Source: a bacterium
Lineage (GTDB): Bacteria > JAUVQV01 > DATDCY01
Reading direction: 5' to 3'
Assembly: GCA_036524115.1 (NCBI GenBank)
Contig: DATDCY010000012.1
Location: 22,396-86,395 of the forward strand
DNA length: 64,000 nt
The position numbers were made by a program, and so were the translations under genes. The notes beneath the pieces are model-generated. The model was not told the origin of the DNA and did not search any database. It saw nothing but the letters and a program-made list of their open reading frames with translations. This document shows, piece after piece, positions 9,401 through 16,988 of the stretch (positions are counted from its first letter, which is position 1; every line of letters starts with the position of its first letter).

Positions 9401-9840
9401 GCGTACTCCTCGCCGACCTGCTCGATCGGGTGGTCGATCGCGCCGCGGTAGGCGAGCGTGGCGACCGCCGCGCCCGCCGGGAGCACGAGCCGGTAGCGCG
9501 CGAACTCCGCGTCGGAGCCGGCCTCCTCGAGCCGGGCGCCCGCCTCCGCGACCGCGGGCTGCATTCCAGGGTGCAGTCTGATGACAACGGGCGCCGTCGG
9601 CGGCGCCGGGAACGTCAGCGTGTCGCGCACGGCAATGGTGTGCGCCGCCGGCTCGATGGTCACCGCCAGCTCGTGCCGCACGGCCGGCTCGGCGCGCACC
9701 GCAGCGGACGCAGTGAGGAGCATGGACAAGGCCGCGATCCCGAGCACGCGCGGGGGTGACAGCGGCGTAAGCCGCGCCAGAGGGGGCGCAGCCCCCATGG
9801 GAGCGCCCGCAAGCCAGCGTTGCCGGGCGAACAACTTCAT
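6424..9840 (-). CDS. Secreted multidomain peptidase: N-terminal M1 (gluzincin) domain, central M28 aminopeptidase domain, C-terminal PDZ
   Basis: Signal peptide at the N-terminus. HEILHSWWGNGV...NWSEGLTAY is an HEXXH-X18-E M1 zinc site. GAHYDHLGLG...DDNASGVAVMLELAR...FVAFAGEEQG is an M28 metal site. The C-terminus GVVSGSPAEAAGLHAGDILLAIDGRAL is a PDZ domain. The overlapping track ORFs 6271..9759(+) and 6305..8875(-) are rejected. Confidence 0.75.
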   Translation of the reverse strand: MKLFARQRWLAGAPMGAAPPLARLTPLSPPRVLGIAALSMLLTASAAVRAEPAVRHELAVTIEPAAHTIAVRDTLTFPAPPTAPVVIRLHPGMQPAVAEAGARLEEAGSDAEFARYRLVLPAGAAVATLAYRGAIDHPIEQVGEEYARGQKETRGTISDAGVFLTGASGWYPALEAGGTVTFSLAVDLPEGWDAVSQGSRTAHAVEAGRRRVRWACEVPQDDIALVADRWTEYRDRAGDVEALVFLREPDGALARQYLDATTGYLDLYAKLIGPYPYGTWSTVENFWETGYGMPSFTLLGPKVIRFPFILHTSFPHEILHSWWGNGVFVDYGSGNWSEGLTAYLADHLDKEQRGEGAEYRRTTLQKYADFVLAGRDLPLTAFRSRHGSVTEAVGYGKTLMLFHMLRLEIGDDAFVAGLRGFWREKRFSTASFADVRAAFERAAGRDLGWFFDQWVTRTGAPQLRLREARPAGAGDRDLAVVIEQAQEGAPYRMRVPLAVTVEGSAQAVTAVVEMTGRTAETTVRDLPGKPVRVDVDPAFDVFRRLDVHETPPSLSRAFGAEQALVVLPAAAPPDLAAAYRTLAGLLEHSGPGRVETVEDAALAELPRDRAVFVLGWENRFFPAARDAAAALGAVFGENDVRLEQAPIARRGNAFVLCARHPADPALTLSWAALDVPAAAEGLGRKLPHYGKYGFLAFEGAEPANIAKGLWPTSGSPLTRVLAPGGAPPAPGKLPPRTPLATLPPRFSQERMLGDVRALADPGLCGRGFGAPELDRAAELIAAAFAAAGLRPGGDGGTWFQAFAASGGAPAREASLKNVVGVLPGSRPELPRALLVIGAHYDHLGLGDPGCLPENRGRTHPGADDNASGVAVMLELARTLWKEAPPARTVVFVAFAGEEQGRLGSKHFLSRPEYGADRTFAMVNLDTVGRLEGRKALILGGASAREWVHIFRGAGYLAGVETALAAGDLDASDDVTWRAAGVPAVQIFGGPSPDYHRPGDTADRIDGAGLVKIAGLAAEVVGHLAGAEARLTPPDTAAPPAAGPQPGPAGEGERKVSLGVVPDFAFTGPGVRLDGVVSGSPAEAAGLHAGDILLAIDGRALAGLKALSAELKALQPGKVALRFTRGGEERTAEAQLVPR

Positions 9841-9846
9841 CGGGCG

Positions 9847-10911
9847 CTACGGTATCCAGTCGGCGATGAAGATGTTGAACTCGTGCGGCCCCGCCGCCCC
9901 GCGCGTCGAGCACCACAGAAGCTTCTTCCCGTCCGGGCTGAACATCGGAAAACTGTCGAAGCGCGCCCCGTACGTCACCCGCTCGACGCCGCTGCCGTCC
10001 GTGTTGACCAGGTACAGCGAGAACGTCCGCTTCTGCGCATCGTGCATGTTCGACGCGTAGATGATCTGCCGCCCGTTCGGGTGCATGAACGGACTCCAGT
10101 TGGCGTCGCCCGAGCGCGTCACCTGCGTCTGCCCGCTGCCGTCCGCGTTCATGTAGTAGATCTCGGCGCGGGTCGGCCGCATCAGGTTCTTCGCCAGCAG
10201 CTCCCGGTACTCCGCGATCTCCTCGGGCTTCTCGAGGTAGTTGCTGCGGTAGACGATCTTCGTCCCGTCCCAGGAGTAGAACGGCCCGCCGTCGAAGCCG
10301 ACGCGGTTGGTCAGCCGCTTCACGTCGCTGCCGTCCGGCTTCATCGTGTACAGCTCCAGGTCGCCGTCGCGCACGGAAGTGAAGACGATGCGCGAGCCGT
10401 CGGGCGAGACCGCGGCCTCGGCGTCATAGCCGGGCGTGTCCGTGAGGCGCACGGGCGTCCCGCCATCCAGGGCGCGGGCGAAGATGTCGTAGTCGGGGTA
10501 GAGCGGCCAGACGTAGCCGAGGCTGCGGTCGGCCGGCGGCGGGCAGGCGGGGCTGCCGAGGTGCGTCGAGGCGTAGACGAAGCGTTTGCCGTCCGGGAAG
10601 AAGAACGAGCACGTCGCCCGCCCCTCGCCGGTGGAGACGAGCCGCACGTCGGAGCCGTCGGGGTTCATGGTGAAGATCTGGTCGCACTCGAAGGGCGGCC
10701 GCGTGGACTGGAAGACGATGCGGCCGCCGTCGAGCGAGAAGTACGCCTCCGCGTTCTGGCCGCCGGCGGTGAGCTGGCGCACGTTGGCCAGGTGCCGCTC
10801 CTGCGGGTCTCGCAGCCCCGAGGGCTTCGAAGCCTGGGTGGAGGCACAACCCGCGCATGCCGCAACTGCAGCGAGCATGAGCGCCGACTGCCCGAGCCGT
10901 TTCCCTGTCAT
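9847..10911 (-). CDS. TolB-like WD40/beta-propeller lipoprotein
   Basis: Repeated PDGSRIVFTS...DGDLELYTMKPDGSDVKRLT-type TolB propeller blades. The real start is MTGKRLGQSALMLAAVAACAGCAS, a lipobox, at 10911 (cat at 10909-10911 checked). The 132 upstream residues in the track are Arg/Gly-rich read-through. Confidence 0.7.
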   Translation of the reverse strand: MTGKRLGQSALMLAAVAACAGCASTQASKPSGLRDPQERHLANVRQLTAGGQNAEAYFSLDGGRIVFQSTRPPFECDQIFTMNPDGSDVRLVSTGEGRATCSFFFPDGKRFVYASTHLGSPACPPPADRSLGYVWPLYPDYDIFARALDGGTPVRLTDTPGYDAEAAVSPDGSRIVFTSVRDGDLELYTMKPDGSDVKRLTNRVGFDGGPFYSWDGTKIVYRSNYLEKPEEIAEYRELLAKNLMRPTRAEIYYMNADGSGQTQVTRSGDANWSPFMHPNGRQIIYASNMHDAQKRTFSLYLVNTDGSGVERVTYGARFDSFPMFSPDGKKLLWCSTRGAAGPHEFNIFIADWIP

Positions 10912-10988
10912 CTTCCGAATCCTCCTCCTCTCGACCTGTCCCAGGGCAGGCTGCGGGAGTCCTGCCGCTGCGCACCCCCGTCGGTGGC

Positions 10989-12323
10989 CTATTTCTTGTG
11001 CATGCCCGGCGGCGGCTCCGGCGGGGCCGCCAGGGTCGGCGTCACCGTGACTTCGGCGTCGCCGCGCTTGAGCACCACCGTCGCCGTGTCCCCCGCCTTC
11101 TTGCCGTTGATCACGATGATCACGTCGCCCTGCTCGGCGATCGGGAAGCCGTCGATCGAGACGAAGGCGTCCCCGGCCTGGACGCCCGCCGCGGCGGCGG
11201 CCGAGCCCGGGACGACCTTGTCGACGTACACCGTCTTGTCCTCCGCGCGCAGCACGACGCCGAGCCGCACCCGCTTCTTCTCGACGTCCTCGTACGGCAC
11301 CAGCCACGCGAAGTCCCCGGGCAGCAGCGGGATCTCGGGGACGTCGACGTCCATCGTCAGCTCCTCGCGCAGCTCCTCGGGGATCGAGATCTCCTCCGGG
11401 AGGACGATGACCTGCGGCCAGGCGGCGCGGCGCAGCACCCGGCGCGGGATGCCCAGGCCGTAGCGCACGTGGAAGCCGCCGGCGACGACCACCATCTTCT
11501 TCCCCTCGCCGGCCGGGCTCCTGAGGTAGTCGACCACCCGCGAGGCCATCGTCTCGTCCCAGAGGACCTGCGTCCGGAAGAAGCTCTCGAACATCTTCTC
11601 CTTCGCGGCCTCGGAGCGCCGCTCCCGGGCCGTCGCCTCCATCCAGTCCTCATCGGGGTTCGCGGCGCGCGCGGCCGTGCCGTGCCCGGCGTCGTGCCCC
11701 CCGAACACCGCCTCGAGCAGGGCGCGCTGGTAGGGGTCGGAGAAGTCCGTCTCCGGCACCTTGGCGGCCAGCTCCGGCGGCAGCGGGCCGGATCCCGCGG
11801 CGGCGAACTGCTTCTGGGTCTCCTTCGCCGGGTCCAGCGCGATCACGTCCAGCCGGCGGTCGCGCGCGAGCTCGAGGATGCCGCGGTAGTTGCCGAAGTC
11901 GGAGCCCCAGTTGTCGAACCACTGGGACTCCTTGAGGAACTGCGGCTCGGTCAGCTCGCCGCGCACCCAGCGGTCGAGCGCGGGCTGCTGCGGCACGCGG
12001 AACATCTCCATGCCGATCGCGACCTTCCCGGGGTGGCGTCGCTCCAGCTCGGCGATGATGCGCCGCTGCGCCTCGTGCGCCTGGAAGTTGCTGTGCATCT
12101 CGCCGATGTAGACGACCTTGGCGGCGTCGACGATGTCCATCATCTGCTCGAAGCTCATGAGCAGGCCGGTCGGCATGTGGACGATGTCGCCGGCCTGTGG
12201 GGCGCGTGCGAGGGGGTAGGGCGAGAGCCCGCTGCCTGCCTCGGGTACCCGCGCGCCCGCGCAGCCGGCCAGGAGGGCGGCGCCGAACGAGAGCACAAGA
12301 AGGGCCATGGATCGTGACGTCAT
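10989..12323 (-). CDS. ChaN-family (Tiki-like, haem-binding) lipoprotein with C-terminal PDZ domain
   Basis: VVYIGEMHSNFQAHEAQRRIIAELERRHPGKVAIGMEMF...WFDNWGSDFGNYRGIL matches PF04187 by recollection. The C-terminus GDAFVSIDGFPIAEQGDVIIVINGKKAGD is a PDZ domain. Start MTSRSMALLVLSFGAALLAGCAG is a lipoprotein signal at 12323. Confidence 0.6.
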   Translation of the reverse strand: MTSRSMALLVLSFGAALLAGCAGARVPEAGSGLSPYPLARAPQAGDIVHMPTGLLMSFEQMMDIVDAAKVVYIGEMHSNFQAHEAQRRIIAELERRHPGKVAIGMEMFRVPQQPALDRWVRGELTEPQFLKESQWFDNWGSDFGNYRGILELARDRRLDVIALDPAKETQKQFAAAGSGPLPPELAAKVPETDFSDPYQRALLEAVFGGHDAGHGTAARAANPDEDWMEATARERRSEAAKEKMFESFFRTQVLWDETMASRVVDYLRSPAGEGKKMVVVAGGFHVRYGLGIPRRVLRRAAWPQVIVLPEEISIPEELREELTMDVDVPEIPLLPGDFAWLVPYEDVEKKRVRLGVVLRAEDKTVYVDKVVPGSAAAAAGVQAGDAFVSIDGFPIAEQGDVIIVINGKKAGDTATVVLKRGDAEVTVTPTLAAPPEPPPGMHKK

Positions 12324-12415
12324 GTCGTTCACCTCGTCGTGGGTTGCGTCCTGCGATCCTACGCCAGATTTGAGCGTCGGGGCTGCGAAAAGTTCCGCCG
12401 GGGGCGGACGGGGGG

Positions 12416-13252
12416 CTAGCCGGAGGAGCGGCCCCCGGGCCGGTGCGCGAGCTTCTCCCGCCTCAGCCAGTCGAGCCACTCGCGCTGCTCGTCCGAGAGC
12501 AGGCCCTTCTGCGCCGCGACGAAGGCCGCCCAGGCCTCCGCGCTCTCGAACCGGACGCCGTAGTACCCGCTCGCGAAGGAGCCGCGGCCGGTGAAGTAGA
12601 TCTCGCCGCCGGGGGAGACGTCGACCATGAGATCGTGGTTCTTGTAGATCACCGACTCGCCGACCTGCGAGACCGTCCCCTCGCGCTGGCGACGCAGCTC
12701 GTCGTACACCAGGTAGGAGGCGCCGAGCAGCAGGAGCAGGGCCGCCGCCGTGCTGAGCTTGGCGACGCTCCGGTACGCCTGGGGGCTGAAGAGGTCCTGG
12801 ATCGAGAAGGCCACGCGCCTGCCGATCGCGCGCTGGATGTCGCCGACGCGGGCGAGGGCCGGGCGGACCGCCCGTCCCGTGTAGTTCTCCACCTCGCGGA
12901 TAGCCAGGTCGTCGAGGGGGTCGGCCATGGCCAGCCGCAGGACGTTGTTCTCCTCGAAGGCGAGGGGGATCACGGCGTAGCGGTGGCAGATGTGCCGCGG
13001 GAGGACGCGCCGGACATCGGCGGCGGTCTCCTCATCCGGCCGTACGACGGGGAGGTCCAGCTGCTGCGAGAGCGCCTTGAGGAGCTGCTCGTCGCTGATG
13101 AGCTTCATGCGCACGAGGAGGTAGCCCAGCCGGCGCAGGCCGCCGGCCTGGACGCGCAGCGCCCGGTCGAGCTGGTCCCTGGCGATCAGCCCCTGTCCCA
13201 CGAGCAGCTCGCCGAGATACGGTCTGCCGCCGCGGTCCCTCGGTGCCGCCAT
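12416..13252 (-). CDS. MshEN (T2SS protein E N-terminal) domain protein with one TM helix; putative c-di-GMP receptor
   Basis: PYLGELLVGQGLIARDQLDRALRVQ...LGYLLVRMKLISDEQLLKALSQQLDLP matches the tandem RLGxxLLxxGLIxxxQLxxAL motifs of the GspE_N/MshEN domain. A TM segment AALLLLLGASYLV follows. Start MAAPRDRGG at 13252. The upper part of track ORF 12416..14287 is read-through over the neighbouring gene. Confidence 0.6.
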   Translation of the reverse strand: MAAPRDRGGRPYLGELLVGQGLIARDQLDRALRVQAGGLRRLGYLLVRMKLISDEQLLKALSQQLDLPVVRPDEETAADVRRVLPRHICHRYAVIPLAFEENNVLRLAMADPLDDLAIREVENYTGRAVRPALARVGDIQRAIGRRVAFSIQDLFSPQAYRSVAKLSTAAALLLLLGASYLVYDELRRQREGTVSQVGESVIYKNHDLMVDVSPGGEIYFTGRGSFASGYYGVRFESAEAWAAFVAAQKGLLSDEQREWLDWLRREKLAHRPGGRSSG

Positions 13253-13320
13253 GCTCGTACGCCTCCTCTCCCCGCGTTCCCGCCGGACGAGGGCGGGACC
13301 CTGCGTTCTCCGTCCCCCGG

Positions 13321-15111
13321 CTAGGGGAGCGCGCGCGCGTCCCAGGCGCGATAGTCGTCGAAGTGCGCGACCGACTTCTCGGCCAGGCAGCCGATGCCGC
13401 CGGCCGTCGCGTCCCCGAAGCGGTAGGTCACGACCGGCCGCGTCTCCCTGCCGAAGAAGACGGCGACCCGGCCGCCCGGGTGGATGTCGGCGCGCAGCTG
13501 GTACCACTGGTCCGCCCGGAGGCGGCGGGCCGCCGACGCCTTGATGCCGGCCTTCTCGCCGGGCGAGTCCCCCGCCTGGCCGATGACGACCCGCGAGTCC
13601 CGGAGAGCGACATAGCGGTAGTGCTGCGCATCCGTCACGGCGAAGAGGATGCCCGTTCTGTTCGCCAGCGAGCGCGCGCTCAGCCTGAGTTTCGTCACGA
13701 TTCTGCCGGCGGCGAACGCCGGCAGCGCGCTGACGACCGCGCGGTTGACGAGCGTCATGCTGCCGGAGGTGAACGTCCGGTCGGCCCCGACCAGCCATTT
13801 CCCCGAGAGCGTCCGCCACTGCGGGTCGCCGGCGGCGGTGCCGTCCGAGAAGGAGTCCGCGAGCAGCAGCGAGGCGCCGCCCGCGATCGAGACCGCGGTC
13901 GGGCCGGAGACCGCCGGGACGCTTGGGTGCAGGGCGCAGCGCGCCTCGGCGCTGACGAAGTAGACGCCCTCCGCGGGCCAGGACTTCCACGCGGCGACGG
14001 CCCCGGAGCCTCCCGGCGTCAGCCACGGCGAGGCCGTGCCGTCGCCCCACTGCAGGCGATACTGGACCGGGTCTCCCGTGCTCGATGCTGCATTCCCGGC
14101 GGTGTACCCGTAGACCACCCCGGTGAGGCCGTCGCCCGGCCCCTGCGGAGGGGCCGGCGGCGAGACCGTCTCGCCGGGCGCAGTGGCCACGGTTACCTCC
14201 AGGGGAGGTGACGGAGACGAGTGGACGCCCGGGTGGAGCACGCAGCGCGCCTCGCTCCTGACGGCATAGGTCCCCGGCAGGAGCCACGACTTGTCCGCGG
14301 AGGAGGCGCCGGCGGCGAGCCAGGGCGAGACCGTCCCGTCGGCCCAGAGGAAGCGGTACTGCACGGGGTGCCCCGCGCTCGAGAGGCTCCCGCCCGTCGC
14401 ATAGCTGTGGGGCTGCGTTCCCGTGACCGTCGTTGGGCCGTCGGGCGCGGCCGGCGCGGCGATCGTTTCCGCCGGCGCCGCCGCGACCGTCACCGCGATG
14501 GGGTCGGAGAGCGCAGACACGACGCTCGTGTGCGCCGCACAGCGGGCCTGCACGCGCACGTCCGTGTACGTCGCTGCGACGTCCCAGCTCTTGGTCGCCT
14601 CGATGACGCCGACCGGCAGCCAGTCGGAGTCCGTGCCGTCCGACCAGAAGAAGCGGTACTGCACCGGGTCGCCGGCGCTGGACGCCGCGCCCCGCGCGGT
14701 GAAGACGTACGGCGTCCCGGCCTGGAGATCGGTCGGGCCGGCAGGCGGGGAAGGCTGGGAGACGGTCTCGGGAGCGGGAATGCAGGGAGGCATGTAGGAG
14801 ACCTCGTTGGAGTACCCGCTCTCGCCTTTCGCGTCGTACGCGGTGACGGCGAAATAGTAGGTCAAGCAGGGGGACAGTCCATCGACCGTCGCCGTGACGA
14901 CGCCGTTCGTGACCACGTTGGCCACGACGGTCGGCGTCGGGTTGTAGGCCCCGCTCGAGAGTCCCCGGTAGAGGTGGTAGCCCGCCACGGTTTCCGTGTT
15001 GGCGTCCCAGGCGAGGGTGACGTTAGCGCCCCTGGCGAGGCCGGGGAACACGGCGAGCAAGACGACCGCGGCGACAAGCGTCCACCGCCATCCCGGCGAT
15101 GGCCCCGACAT
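13321..15111 (-). CDS. Secreted protein: signal peptide, FN3 domain, three roughly 95-aa repeats, shared C-terminal roughly 175-aa domain (LamG-like?)
   Basis: Signal MSGPSPGWRWTLVAAVVLLAVFPGLARG. FN3-like ANVTLAWDANTETVAGYHLYRG...YYFAVTAYDAKGESGYSNEV. Three repeats of PVQYRF.W.DGT.S.WL......KSW...G.Y.V...ARC..H. The C-terminus carries DSFSDGTAAGDP.W...HYRY...IGQAG...AGIK...WYQLRADI, shared with genes 15336 and 18277. An alternative start MRRM lies at 15147. Confidence 0.7.
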   Translation of the reverse strand: MSGPSPGWRWTLVAAVVLLAVFPGLARGANVTLAWDANTETVAGYHLYRGLSSGAYNPTPTVVANVVTNGVVTATVDGLSPCLTYYFAVTAYDAKGESGYSNEVSYMPPCIPAPETVSQPSPPAGPTDLQAGTPYVFTARGAASSAGDPVQYRFFWSDGTDSDWLPVGVIEATKSWDVAATYTDVRVQARCAAHTSVVSALSDPIAVTVAAAPAETIAAPAAPDGPTTVTGTQPHSYATGGSLSSAGHPVQYRFLWADGTVSPWLAAGASSADKSWLLPGTYAVRSEARCVLHPGVHSSPSPPLEVTVATAPGETVSPPAPPQGPGDGLTGVVYGYTAGNAASSTGDPVQYRLQWGDGTASPWLTPGGSGAVAAWKSWPAEGVYFVSAEARCALHPSVPAVSGPTAVSIAGGASLLLADSFSDGTAAGDPQWRTLSGKWLVGADRTFTSGSMTLVNRAVVSALPAFAAGRIVTKLRLSARSLANRTGILFAVTDAQHYRYVALRDSRVVIGQAGDSPGEKAGIKASAARRLRADQWYQLRADIHPGGRVAVFFGRETRPVVTYRFGDATAGGIGCLAEKSVAHFDDYRAWDARALP

Positions 15112-15335
15112 CCCGTGGCGTGTTGCCTCGCTGTGCATGCGGCGCACTATCTCTTGCGGCGCGGTCCCCTCTTATTATCGTTCCCGCCGCTCGCGGCGGC
15201 ATCGGGTTTCCACACCAGTCCCGCAGATCCTGAACATTTCGCCGACAACGGCACGATTTGTCAAGAGTTTCCGGCCAAGTGGCTCGGCGCAAGGGGCGCC
15301 GGGGGGCCGGTGTCGGACCCCCGGTTTCGCCTGCG

Positions 15336-16649
15336 CTACCGCAGGACTGCGTCGGTGAAGACGGCCGTGTTGTCGAAGAGGCTCCTCGCGCCCTCCGTGC
15401 GATAGCCGACGCGGCCCGAGGAGTTGACCACGAAGGTGTACGAGAGCACGGGCGCCGCGCTGCCGTTGAGGTAGACGCGCACCTTCGTGCCGCCCTCGAT
15501 GTCGACGCGCACCCGGTAGCCGGTGCCGGGACTGAGCCGGCGCCGCAGGGACGCCTTCAAACCGGCGCGCTCGACGGGAGTGGCGCCGACCTGTCCGATC
15601 GAGAGTCCGGTGGCGGTCAGCCGGAGGTAGCGGTAGTGCGTCGCATCCTGGTAGTGGAAGACGATCCGCGCATCCGGCGCGGCGGTGTAGGTGCGGGTCA
15701 GGCTGACCCAGCTCTCGATCCGCCCCGAACGCACGTCGCGAACGTTCGGGTCGGCGATCAGCGCCATGCTGACCGGCACGTTCGCCGAGGCGAAGCGCTT
15801 CGCCGTCCCGGTGACGGCCCACGCGCCCAGAACCCTCCGCCAGGACGGATCGCCCTTGGCCGTCCCGTCGCTGAAGTCGTCGACGAAGAGCCTGGGGTTG
15901 TCGGCGACGTTCGGGTCGGTCTCGCCGGCATCGACGCGTCCGTTGGCGTTGAGGTCCTCGCGGCCGTCGGCCAGGCCGTCGCCGTCCGTGTCGGCGGCGA
16001 GCGGGTCGGTGGCGGTGGCCGGATCGAGGTCGGGGCGGAAGACCGCCAGGTCGGTGTCCGGGCCCGCCATCGCCAGCGCGTACGCGAGCTCGGTGCCATC
16101 CTGGAGGCCGTCACCGTCGGTGTCGGCGACGCACGGATTGCTCTCGCCGGCGCCGGCCTGGCCGTCGTGGTCGGCATCCTCCAATCCGTCGGGGATGCCG
16201 TCGTCGTCGGTGTCCGCGTCGGTCGGGCTGGTGCAGCCGGCCGTCTCGAGCGTGTCGGCCAGGCCGTCGCCGTCCGAGTCGCCGCCCGCGTCCGCCTTGG
16301 GGTTGTAGACCACCTCGGCCGAGAGCGGGCTCTCCTGCCCGAGGAGGTCGTAGGCGGTGACAGCGGCGTGGTAGGCGACGGAGGCATCGAGGCCCGTCAG
16401 CGTGTAGGAGGAGACGTTGCCGACGTCGATGACCGACGAGAACGGCTGGCCCGAGAGCCCGTTGTGGACCATGTAGCCGACAGTGGTCTCCGCGGGATCG
16501 GGGTCCCACGAGATGGTGATCTGTCCGGCGAACGCCAGCGAGGGGGCGAGAAGAACCAGCGCCGCGCACAGCAGCCGGGTCACGCCGCCGTGCGGAAAGG
16601 CCCGCGTCTTCAGGGACCCGTTACCGTCGCCGAGACCGTGCCGTGCCAT
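15336..16649 (-). CDS. Secreted protein: FN3 domain, thrombospondin type-3-like Ca-binding Asp repeats, shared C-terminal domain
   Basis: Signal MARHGL...RLLCAALVLLAPSLAFA. FN3 (QITISWDPDPAETTVGYMVHNG...YHAAVTAYDLLGQESP). DxDxDGxxDxxE repeats (DSDGDGLADTLE, DTDDDGIPDGLEDADHDG, DTDGDGLQDGTE, DTDGDGLADGRED). C-terminus DDFSDGTAKGDPSW...HYRYLRL...IGQVG...AGLK...YRVRVDI. Confidence 0.7.
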   Translation of the reverse strand: MARHGLGDGNGSLKTRAFPHGGVTRLLCAALVLLAPSLAFAGQITISWDPDPAETTVGYMVHNGLSGQPFSSVIDVGNVSSYTLTGLDASVAYHAAVTAYDLLGQESPLSAEVVYNPKADAGGDSDGDGLADTLETAGCTSPTDADTDDDGIPDGLEDADHDGQAGAGESNPCVADTDGDGLQDGTELAYALAMAGPDTDLAVFRPDLDPATATDPLAADTDGDGLADGREDLNANGRVDAGETDPNVADNPRLFVDDFSDGTAKGDPSWRRVLGAWAVTGTAKRFASANVPVSMALIADPNVRDVRSGRIESWVSLTRTYTAAPDARIVFHYQDATHYRYLRLTATGLSIGQVGATPVERAGLKASLRRRLSPGTGYRVRVDIEGGTKVRVYLNGSAAPVLSYTFVVNSSGRVGYRTEGARSLFDNTAVFTDAVLR

Positions 16650-16988
16650 GAGAGCGCTCCTCCGCTGCTCCGGGCAATCCGCACCGGCGGAGGGGCGCAC
16701 CGCGGAGAGAGCACCCCGCGATGGCATCCCTTCGACTGGCAGCCCTGCCGCCGTATTCCCGCGCCGCGGGAAGCAGGCCGTCGGCTTTGCGTCCCACCCT
16801 TTCGGATGGTTTGCCCTGAGCAGTCCCGTTGTTGCCGTTCATCGTCTTCACCCGCGGAAAATCTAGAAGAGGGGGCGCGAAAAATAAGTGACGGGCGTCA
16901 CGCCGCACCGGGAATGTGACGGATGACCGAAAAAGCGATCGCCCCCACCTTCCCGCGGGGGACGATGGGGGCGATCGGACGAATGCGG

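Noticed and set aside
6271-9759. 1162-aa plus-strand ORF and 856-aa minus-strand ORF (6305..8875) overlapping the peptidase gene
   Set aside because: Their translations are Arg/Gly/Ala/Pro-rich low-complexity strings with no motifs, typical of the antisense or off-frame of a 70% GC gene. The minus-strand frame 6424..9840 carries clear M1, M28 and PDZ motifs.
10424-10975. Several medium-size ORFs inside the TolB-like gene on both strands (10424..10975, 10586..11050, 10665..10865)
   Set aside because: Alternative-frame artefacts within a well-supported beta-propeller CDS.
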